From the NCBI GenBank assembly GCA_004022145.1, contig RCNU01000009.1: a stretch of 64,000 nt of DNA. One strand, given 5' to 3'. The notes beneath the pieces were generated by a model, which ran no database searches, was not told the DNA's origin, and was given only the letters and a program-made list of their open reading frames with translations. The translations under genes were made by a program, and so were the position numbers. The DNA comes from Paecilomyces variotii. Its lineage: Eukaryota. Positions 14,302-24,434 of this stretch are shown here, piece after piece. Within the stretch, counting starts at the first letter, position 1. Every line of letters begins with the position of its first letter.

Positions 14302-14748
14302 TCAAGCAACCTTATTTCCAAGCACCCTCTTATACTCTCCCTTCTCCTCCATCTCGTTTAGAACTTTCTCGGCCACCTTCATCGCATCCACACCAGCTGG
14401 CGCTCCGCAGTACACAGTCGCATGCAGAATCGCTTCTCGAATCTCGACTTCTGTCAGCCCGTTATTGATAGCTCCGCGAATGTGTATGCCAAGCTCCGGA
14501 GAACGGTTCAACGCCATCAGCATGCCGATATTTAACAGACTTCTCTGTTTGCGATCAAGGCCCGGCCGCGTCCAGATGTTTCCCCAGCACCACTCTGTGA
14601 CCAGTTCTTGTCCGGGGCGAGAGAACTCTGTCGAGCCGTTGGCGAGGGCGCGGTCGACGTATTCGCTGCCGACGACGCTGCGGCGGACTTTGAGGCCCTC
14701 CTCGAAGAGTTGTTTATGTAGGTCGTCGTATTTAGGGTCTGTAGACAT
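14302..14748 (-). CDS. Carboxymuconolactone decarboxylase (CMD/PcaC-like) family protein, intronless
   Basis: [41 protein letters not shown] and VYCGAPAG. No AhpD CxxC motif. Confidence 0.9.
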   Translation of the reverse strand: MSTDPKYDDLHKQLFEEGLKVRRSVVGSEYVDRALANGSTEFSRPGQELVTEWCWGNIWTRPGLDRKQRSLLNIGMLMALNRSPELGIHIRGAINNGLTEVEIREAILHATVYCGAPAGVDAMKVAEKVLNEMEEKGEYKRVLGNKVA

Positions 14749-15044
14749 TTTGTTTTTGCTCCGATTTGTTGTCCGTTATTATAACGTTATAGAATGATGA
14801 GCCGGTGAAGTGGTGGGTGGAATTTTTGGGAGGATGATGGGTCGAGGAGTAGTATGCTTTAGAAGAACAGTTTTAGAGATCTCTTCTCAGACGACCATCT
14901 CACACTGATGTAAGTTGACAGACACTCTATGTTAATGTTCTGCTATTGATTTAGAGTGCAGACAAATGTTTTCAAACGATATTTCCCCCGGGTATAGAGG
15001 CCGGATGTAATGATAGTTGATGTTTGATCTGGACGAATAGCTTC

Positions 15045-15083
15045 CCCCGCATTCTCACCCCGGACATCTCCCCGAATGCGGGG
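15045..15083. promoter_or_regulatory. Perfect 10-bp inverted repeat (ccccgcattc-N19-gaatgcgggg), each arm a CreA-type GCGGGG site, with a CGG-N8-CCG motif between the arms
   Basis: Arms at 15045-15054 and 15074-15083; cggacatctccccg at 15061-15074; about 300 bp upstream of the CMD start. Confidence 0.5.
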
Positions 15084-15170
15084 CATTTAGTACGATGAAT
15101 ACCATACGCGATTAACTCACTCGAACCTGGGCATCGATTCGAATATGTACAGCTTTTACTGAGTTAGACT

Positions 15171-16219
15171 CTATGGTTTCTCTTTCTCCTGCCAATTCTC
15201 GTTTCCACCCAAGTATCGAAAGACAACTCGAGAATCCAAGTCCCTGCATCTAGGATCTTGACTTGCACCCTCGTAGGTTTCTAACCCAGCATCGCCCAAG
15301 ACAAGTCGAGCACCAACTCTATGGGCCATGTCGACGGCCAAGGCGAAATCCTTGCGCATCAGTTGCACTTTAAATCCGTTTTTATAACCATTGCTTGACG
15401 GCGCATCCGGATACACCCCAGGCACCGGGTTAAATCTGTCGCAAATTGTATTCTGCGCAGTGCCTGCTGCATAAACCTTCGTCAGGACTTTTGGACTTAG
15501 GCCAGAACGCATCCCCATATCCATAGCTTCTGAGCATGCGATCGCGATAATGCCCGATAGATAGTTGTTAGAGAGTTTCGCTGCTAAACCAAGAGATGGT
15601 CCACCACAAGGTATCACTTCCTTTCCCATCATGCTGAGCAGGCGTGTGATGCGAAGAAGGTTTGGATCTTCATCAGAACAGCCTAAGAAGAATGCAATTG
15701 TGCCTTTCTGTGCGCCGATTACACCGCCGCTGACGGGAGCATCATAGAAGGAAGCGGATGGGAAGTTCTTATTGATGTAGTCTTTGACCAAGAGACTGGT
15801 CGCCGTGTCGATTGTAGAGCAGTCAATAAGCAATTTGTTGGATATGTCTGTGCTGCATATGCTGGTTTCTCCGTCTACGTAGACTGATTTGACGTGTGCG
15901 TCTTCCGGGACCATGGTCAAGATGATTTCCTATGAGCATGAGCAATCGAATGATTCTCTTTTCGGCGGCCATTGGAGTGCATGTAAATTCCATTGTGCAT
16001 ATATGTACATACCGACTTTTCTGCTACATCTTTAGCATTGACGCCTTTGAAGACTCGGTTCGGATACCGAGAGCAGATCTCATCCACGGCGCTTTCGACC
16101 ACGTCAAAAACATGTATCCGCGCTTCCTTGGGAAGCTTTTCAGCGAGTTGACCTACCATGGGAGTTCCCATGGCACCGAGACCGATGAACCCCACATTGT
16201 TGTACTCGGGGGATGTCAT
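15171..16219 (-). CDS. NAD-dependent beta-hydroxyacid dehydrogenase (3-hydroxyisobutyrate dehydrogenase family); exons 16219-16013 and 15929-15171
   Basis: GFIGLGAMG, DAPVSGG, catalytic K in AAKLSNN, FKVQLMRKDF. Intron gtatgt...catag at 16012-15930 restores the frame. Confidence 0.93.
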
Positions 16220-16675
16220 TTTGCTGTGGTATCGGCCGCAGAGGCAGGACAAGAGGAAGACCAAATCTGAATATGAATGCCAAGAATATAGTCAATATGT
16301 TACAGACAGAAATAATCTACAAGCAAGCCACCAGGTCTTTGCATGGGAATATTGGAAGATCCTGAGAGTTATAGTTTGTTTCGAAGTTCGAATGCGTAGG
16401 AACGGTATAACCGAGGAGGAAGACATGTCGGGGATTATCCGCCACTTCTCCTCATTGCTGACAGCAGTAAGAGTTCATGAGAAGAGGGTTAAGCGCGATA
16501 GTTGAGCAAATCATTGTCATGGAATTCAACTATCCGTCTTTCGTGCGGAGGCAGCGCAGTCCTGGTCGTTGGTAAAAAGCAGTAGTAGCTACGATCCTCC
16601 ATATCTATTTAACTTCCAGAAGGAACATACAACCACTTACTCTCAAGATAATTGAGATAGTATGTTATCAATACA

Positions 16676-17751
16676 ATGACTCAAAGAAATGATAAGACCT
16701 TACATACGATGGCCCCTTTCGTACTGGAAAGGCAGACAAAATCCGATTCTTCCAGCGAAGCTACTGTCGACGTCCATGTCCTCTTAGCTGGCCATCTTAC
16801 TTTACCAGAAAAGTATTTCGTCCATCCCGCATCAGATACAGCTAGACGAACTGTGCCCTCTTTATCGTTTCTCATCCAGCATCAACATCCAGTGTCGAAG
16901 AAGTTGACCCGTATTGTCTTTGACCTGGGACTGCGACGAAATACAGACCGTTATCCAGACCCGATTAGGCGACATATAGCAACGAGACAACCTCTTACTA
17001 CAGACCCTGATGTTGTTAAAAGTCTTGCAGCAGCTGGTGTAACGCCGAATGATATAGATTATGTTATTTATTCTCACGTACGTGGATATACTGTCCCTTT
17101 CTATAGTGATTTATACACTAGAACGCTGATTCCATATGACAGGTTCACTGGGATCATATCGGAGAACCTCGTGACTTTCCAAGAAGTATCTTCATCGTTG
17201 GTAATAAAACAATGAGTCTCCTCCATGGGAAGCCCGATACACTCCATGGCAGCCATTCTTTCTTCGAACGAGATCTTCTTCCCCAAGACAGGACGATTGA
17301 ACTAAGCGATCCCAACATTACTTCTACGCAAACTCCAAACCAGGATATCCCAATCGGCGAACCAGACTTTCGCCAACCATGGACAACTCACCCTGACCTA
17401 GGTTCTGTCATCGACTTATTCAAAGATGGAAGTCTCTATATCGTCGACGCCCCGGGCCATTTACCTGGGCATATCAACCTTCTGGCAAAAACAGCCCCTG
17501 GGAGATATGTATACCTAGCCGGCGATGCTTGCCATGATAGAAGGATCATGCGTAGGCAGAAGGATATTGGGGAATGGCACGACCTAGAAGGGCATCTGTG
17601 TTGTATGCATGCGGACAAGAAGGTAGCAGAGGAGACTATTGGTAGGATCCGGGAGTTAGAGCGGAAGGGTGTAGAGATCATTTTCGCTCATGATGTTGAG
17701 TGGGAGGAGGATAGGCGGAATAAGTCGCGCTTTCTGCGTCCGCGATTGTGA
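16676..17751 (+). CDS. Metallo-beta-lactamase-fold hydrolase (AHL-lactonase / fungal Mbl1-like); exons 16676 (or 16709)-17077 and 17143-17751
   Basis: Splicing of intron 17078-17142 creates SHVHWDH (HxHxDH). Also [16 protein letters not shown] and FAHD. Confidence 0.92.
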
Positions 17752-18090
17752 GGGGTTATAGCTGTGTTTATAGTCATGTTGATGCATTGAATAGTTTTGG
17801 TGGTCGACATATTGTATTCAATGTTATTCCGATCATAGCTGATGTTATTGTTGTTTCCAGGAATCCCCATGGGGCTAGCAGCACAACTTATCATCAGGAC
17901 ATCTTCATATATGGAGAGAGAATATATCTCACGTAATTAAATTTTCCATATTAGTTTATGGGTATCAATGGAAATGTTACATCGTAGATGACATATTCAG
18001 ACTTTCAGTCATCCTTCTTCCCAAAACATCGATTTATGGATCACAACAAGTCATCCAACTCCTGGCGCCAAGGTGAAAAACAACTCGTAT

Positions 18091-18760
18091 TTACGCTGCA
18101 ACCTCAGCTCTTTCCATCTCTGGGGCTTCCAGCTCTGCAGGATCTGCGCTGTGAGCAGCATCCACATTTGCAATTTTGAAAGGCATATATCCGGGCAAGT
18201 CTGACTTCAAGACACCGCATATAGCGATGATAGTCAGGATGAATAGAGCCAGGAAGGAAAGCCTGGTGGAATTCTCATGGTCAATTATATTGTCTCACGC
18301 AACAGCTCAAGTATCAAAGGTAGACTCACCAAAGTAGTATTGCGAATGCAATCATAGCATCCAAATAGGACGACCCGCTCGAGTATCCTCCCAGAAGCCA
18401 TTCAATATTTGCGAAAGACGCCAACCAGAAGACCCAAGTGACGAAGTACATCGCGACGAGGCCAATGGAAATCAACTTGTTTGTGGTAAGTGTATTCTCC
18501 TTTTGTCTGTAGAAAAAAGGCAGGAAGAAGGCGACTCCTGTGATTAACACGCTCCACGCGGAGGAGAAAATGATGAAATCGAGAATAGGAGGCGGCTTGA
18601 TGTCCACCACTTCGAAGGAGTAACCATTGTAATAATCATACTCTGGCACCGGAATGTGATGATACAGAGAGACAACATGTGCGCTCAAGCCTAGCTCTAT
18701 AATTGCAAACGCGAGAGATGCGCCTAGAAGCGCGTAGAGGGCGATATGGAGGGCGAGCAT
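18091..18760 (-). CDS. Four-transmembrane MARVEL-like membrane protein; exons 18760-18330 and 18262-18091
   Basis: Four hydrophobic segments (AIIELGL, FSSAWS, TWVFWLASFA, AFAILLWLSFL). Intron gtgagt...ccag at 18329-18263; stop taa at 18093-18091. Confidence 0.8.
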
Positions 18761-20118
18761 GAAGGGCAATAAAATATGGATAGCTACCTAAACTTTGCAA
18801 CCACACGAAAAGAGAGATAGATATCTCTGGCACAAAAGTGGGACTCGACTCTGGTTATATTTTCAGGCGGAGACCTGCCTCCTTGGATTTATACGAGAGC
18901 CAGCTCACAAGGCTGGTGGTCATTATCATGCACACTATGCGAACATGGCGCACAAGCTTCTGGTAAGGCAGACTCGACCGTCGATCGACTTGACTCCGGT
19001 ACTGCGTGCCCATGTGCTCGAGAAGCTATGTTATCTTCCAATCATGATGGGAAAAAACATCGACTGCTAGTCAAGACTATCTTCATCTTGCGAGACCGCT
19101 GCATCAGTATAACGGATCTAGCCATTGTAGGAATACTTCATTCTCGTATTCGCGAGGCTCCGCCACAGCCAAGAGTCTCCACAACACCAGATATCTCAAG
19201 AGTCGACAGACTCAAGCGATACAGAGGCTAGGCTGTCGCCGAGTTCTCGAGATATGGCAAGTCGAGGAGGTGTTGATATATCCACCCACATCCGCGCGAG
19301 GCGACTATTTATGCCAAGCTAGGCCAAATAATTGGGTGCGAATAGCCTCGAGACAAGTCATCTGGCTCTACCCCGCCATACAATGGACAAAAGCGTTTTT
19401 ATTTTTTATGTCTCTACATTCATTCTCAATCCTATTACAGAGGTATCTGCATACTACCGCTAGCTGGAGTGGGAAGTCCAGTTATTCTAGGTGACAGAGT
19501 CTGCGGCTTTACAAATACAACGCGAGAAAGGACTTGGTGATGTTCTGTTCTTCTCTGATTGGGTATGGGTTAAGAAGGAAGTCAGGTACCCGTTCTCTTG
19601 CATTTCTTCTGTTATATAGTTCAATATGATTGTTTACTTCTCTACCGTGTAGTCATGGACAGTCTTTCGTCTAGTTATCAATTGCAGTCATGTGCTGGGC
19701 AACGACTAGTTAATCACCGAGCTCAAAGATAAAAATATCTCATACCATCAATATTTGCCCTTTCATGTCACGGGAGAACCACCTGAATACTCTTTTCAAT
19801 TAACCCGCCGGCAAAATGTATCTATTTGCCCAGTCGGATAATTTCCCCGTGTGAGCACGAGACCCTTGCTAACCGTTATACTATATCCAAGTAGACAAAG
19901 CATCAGACACCTACTTATTTATGGAGTGAAATCTGATGATATTTGCTAAACAGCCTGAATGCAATCCATTCCTATCAATGGGTCTTCAGTATGCTGTATT
20001 AAAATGTTGCCATCACCGACTCGAAGCATGGTCGCTATGGTCCCTTTCTGTTTTCAATTGATTCGTATCCTGGCCATTTGAAAGTCTTCAGTATACTCTT
20101 TAACGTTTTACTTCTATA

Positions 20119-21117
20119 ATGTCGCCCACACAGACAGCTGCCCTGCCTCTAGACGGGAAATTTGGTATCGTCACCGGTGGAGCTCAAGGTATGCATGTAC
20201 TCCAAATCAGTATTCACCAGTTCAAGAAACATTGAGTACAAAATTGAAATCGGACGCTAAGTATACTGGCTCCTGATGCAGGAATCGGTGAGGCCATAGC
20301 GCGCAACCTCGCTGCGAAGGGTTGTTCCCTGCTCATCCCCTATGAATCTGAACCTTCACGGGAAAAGACGGAGAGACTGTGCAACTATCTCTCAAAAGAG
20401 CACTCGATTCGTTGTGTGAACGTCGAAGCAGATCTCCTGAAGACAGAAGATGCAGTGGAAAAGATTGTAGCGGCAGCCAAACGGAACTTTACCAGACCGG
20501 ATGGGAAGTTCCAAATTGATATCTTGATAAATAATGCTGGAGTATCCAAAGATCGATTTCTAAATGACCCTGCAAAAGGTCCCATGGATCGCGACTACTT
20601 CAACTGGCACTATGTGATCAATGTGCTAGCCCCTCTACTCCTGACACAAGCATGCGCGCCATACTTGCCCACGGACAAGTCAGGTCGCGTCGTCAGTACA
20701 TCCAGCGTCTCCTCGACCATTGGATTCAAGGGCCAAGCCGTCTACGGCGGTACGAAGGCAGCAGTGGAGGCGATGACGCGAACATGGGCGCGGGAACTGG
20801 CAGACCGAGCCACTGTTAATGCTATCAATCCAGGTCCCGTCTGCAGTGATATGTATTTCCAGGTGGGAGACGAGTTCTTCAAGCAAATGCAGGGATGGCA
20901 GGATCATACGCCTCTTTCCCGGGTGGTAGACTACGAGAAGGAACTGGCAGGTCTAACGGAGGAACAAGCCAAGATGGTCAAGGAGAAGATGGGCGGATGC
21001 AGACCGGGTTTCCCCAGTGAGGTTGCTGGGATCGTGGGAATGCTTTGTACACCCGATGCGGCCTGGTGTACTGGCAGTGTGGTGTGTGCGAACGGCGGAA
21101 TGAGGATGAGTTTTTGA
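20119..21117 (+). CDS. Classical short-chain dehydrogenase/reductase; exons 20119-20188 and 20282-21117
   Basis: TGGAQGIG across intron 20189-20281, plus NNAG, YGGTK (YxxxK) and VNAINPG. Confidence 0.93.
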
Positions 21118-21494
21118 AAATATTTGGCTTCTTCGTCTCTTCACCATTAGCGGAATATCAAAACAGCTCACTTGCATTTCTTGCGACCTTGAATTCAATG
21201 GTCCTTTTCCGTCTCGCGTATCTTCCAGGATTGACAATAAACACTACTTCCCGCTATGGGAATGGAAAGCACTCATATCATGTTGTCACTTCTTTCCCTC
21301 CATGAATTTACACACAGACTAATCTCCACTACCTGTAACATGATTGTTGACTGGAAAGTGCTTGTCTATACAACGTACACCATGAAAATCTAGTTGTGAA
21401 CTAGAATGTATTTTTTTTTTTAAAAAAATTCAAGGTACTCCAATACCTGATAACCGTCAGCTGTGCTATAATAGCCACTATTAGCTCTGCAGAA

Positions 21495-22534
21495 ATGAAT
21501 GAAACCACTTATTTCTTCACATTGTATGCATCTCACAATCTCTTCTTGTGGGATGAATGACCCCTAACCGATCAAAAGCGGAGACTCATATACATCCACT
21601 GGATTCAATCCGCATGGGACGTATCCTTCTGCTGAGAATCCTATGGGAAACCCATCCCTAGGTAAGTTCTCGTTTCTCCCTTCCGCGGCATCTCGAGAAC
21701 TAATTCACCAATAGGCGAAGGCACATCAGCGGGAGGCATCAACTGGGTGGGATATCTAACAGCAGTGCTCAACACGAGTCTCATGTTAAACTATAATCTC
21801 GCTATCAGCGGCGCATGCATTAACAATTCAGTCATCCGCGGCGTACCTGGAGACCTGGTATCGCAGGTCAAGTCGTTCGCAATTCATTATGCATCGCAGC
21901 CCGCCTGGGCTCCTTGGAGATCAGAAAATTCTGCATTTGCTATCTGGATCGGTATCAATGAGTACGTCAATATTTGTTTTGTTGTTCCGTCTCGATGTAA
22001 AGAGGTCGTCTGACTATTCTATCCTCCAAAGCATCGGAGACTCGTATATGGATGCAGATGTCGATTCCACGCTTCCAGTTCTGCTTGAGTGTTACTTTAA
22101 CCTTGTTAAAGATCTCTATGAGGCGAATGCGCGGCGATTTATATTTCTCAATATCCCACCGACGACTCGATCACCTCGGATCAAGGGAGAGAATCACACG
22201 GCCGTGCACGCAGAGTTTGTGCAACGATACAATCAGGCATTGAAGGATAAAATTCACGCGTTTAGCCAAAACCATCCAGATGTATGTCCGGAAGTATGTA
22301 CAAGGACATGGGCCAAGCCAGTACTAAGTATATTTATAGACCTCGGTGCTAGAACATGATACTTGGACTTTCATGACAGAAATGCTTGACAACGCCCCTT
22401 TCTACGGGTTCGAAGATGCGGAATGTCAGGGAACAGGATGTTTATGGTTCAACGACTACCATCCGACATCGAATGTTCATGAATTATTGGCTGCGGATTT
22501 GTTGTCGCGCATGAGAGTTGTCAACGGTACTTGA
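21495..22534 (+). CDS. SGNH/GDSL esterase, CE16-like; introns 21524-21578, 21662-21714, 21962-22031 and 22282-22339; true start may be 21406 (see findings)
   Basis: Spliced product contains FFTFGDSY, YNLAISGA, WIGINDIG and WFNDYHP (DxxH-type block). Confidence 0.87.
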
Positions 22535-22979
22535 ACTTGGCATGGCTAGTGTTTTGAAACACTGGTTCCGTCTGTATTTTTCCTATTTGGGAAATAGAAT
22601 ACAATGGCAAATGCAACGTGCAGGAGCCATTCCAGGACTGGTCTGGCAAAATTAACAAGTTTCTGTTTACATTGCTGATATTGAAGAGTCCTAAAATAAA
22701 TGTCCCGGTTAAATGCGACTTCCCCCCCGAATAAGAATATCACGCGAACCTCACGTGAAGATTAGATAAGAGGACCCCTACCAACGTCATCCCGACAGTT
22801 CCTTATCCGCAATCAACCTGACACTCCAAGGGGACAGCATACAAATGCTCAACCAGAAGTAATTCCTGTCATTCGAATCATCCGTTTCCGCCACGAGATC
22901 CAAATCAAACCTACCACTTCTCACCGATCTCTATTCCATCCTTTCCGACCAAACGATTCGCGGATTCTCTCAATCAACA

Positions 22980-23753
22980 ATGGCACCATCGAACATTCCC
23001 ACTCGAGCTCTTCCCATTATCAAGACAGTTCTTCGCAGAGCTTCTAAGACCAACACTGCGAATTCAGCCCGTACCTCAATTGCCGCAGCTCGGACATATC
23101 ACAAGATCGAGCCACCCAGACCAAATGGACTTCGACTTCAACCTCAACAATCCACAACGTCTACTATCCCCGCATGGAAACCAGTATCCGTATCCGTATC
23201 CGTACCTAACGCTAGAGGATTCGCTGAACTAAACTCCTCGTCTGGACGAAGCGAGGCCGATCTCCTCGTGGGAGAATTGGAAGAACTGTACGATCTTACC
23301 CCCCTTCCCCCCAACCATTCAATTCAATTCAATCCAATCCGATTCGACTCTCCCACACTCCACATCTAATACAATAACACACTAACCCCCAAACCCCCTC
23401 CCAGCTACGAAGCCGCAAAAGACGAATTCGAAATCGCAACCGACAGCGTCGAATCCGGTACTATATACGCTCCATCCGACCGCGCCGCAGCGCGCGATGC
23501 ACTTACTCACCTCACGCGGATCTATACGCTATATACCGAAATGGGAGTCTCGCATGACCCCGGAGTGCATACGGATCATAACACCCAGAGTGATGTGAAA
23601 GAGGAGACGTTGGGCGGGGATGTCGCGCCGAATTATGATCCGGAGGATATCCCCCAGGAGGTGAGGGAGGAGGTGAAGAGGAGGGTGGGGCAGAGGATTA
23701 GGGAGTTGCAAAGTGCGGTGGATGCGTTGGAGGAGAGGGCGCAGGCGCAGTGA
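22980..23753 (+). CDS. Conserved hypothetical protein with a mitochondrial-presequence-like N-terminus; exons 22980-23287 and 23405-23753
   Basis: Arg/Ser/Thr-rich N-terminus almost free of acidic residues. Intron gtacga...ctaac...ccag gives ELEELYEAAKDEFEIA, in frame with the downstream ORF ending RVGQRIREL. Confidence 0.78.
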
Positions 23754-24434
23754 TTGTTATTTCTTTCTTCCTGTTTGGTTTTTGGTGTGGTTGGAGGGTG
23801 ATATGTAGAGTTCGAGGTGATGGAGAGTAAGAGACAATGATCATGATGATGGGAGATTTATGTGGAGAGAGACTAGTTAAAGGATAATCAGTTTGATCTG
23901 TATGCATGAGTATGCGATGCAGTTACTGCTTGATTGCATTCTGGCAGAAGTAATAACAGGCTGGTTTGGATTCGTATGTACAATGGTATCTAGATACGTG
24001 GATAGATCATTCAAGTTCCCTTAAAGTGCCGTAAATCCGAACAGAGAAATACTAACAAGATGAAGAAGAGCAGGGGTAATTATGTATCGGGAGGAGCAAG
24101 ACAAGGCGAGTTATCACCCCGAACCTCCCAAGAGCGGCGCCGAGGCAGAGAAGACAGCATGTAGATAAGAATAATAGGGACATAAGAAAGAAACTATCCG
24201 CCTGCAACCCTTTTTTGATTTGTGTTTTGATCCCAAATTGGATTCAGTCAAATTCCATGTAAAACGCCTAGTGAGTCGGCTCGTGGGCGACTCGTCGGTC
24301 ATTATTATCCTTAAAACGCCGGTTAACCGGGATAAGCGGTCCTATCCAAAAACGGATCCGCCATCTGGTTTGATCATTAGTATGCATGCAAAAGGTCGTA
24401 TGCAGCACCGGTCTGCCGTAGCAGAGCTGCAGAA

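Noticed and set aside
14171-14797. 208-aa plus-strand ORF
   Set aside because: Antisense to the well-supported CMD gene, with a non-ATG start
15115-15135. GGTTCGAGT T-loop-like sequence on the minus strand
   Set aside because: No cloverleaf, acceptor stem or A box could be built, so it is not called as tRNA
12553-22534. Secondary-metabolite biosynthetic cluster
   Set aside because: No PKS, NRPS, terpene synthase or DMATS in the window; the enzymes look degradative
11200-22700. Enzyme block as cargo of a Starship or other transposon
   Set aside because: No tyrosine-recombinase captain, transposase, terminal repeats or target-site duplication recognised
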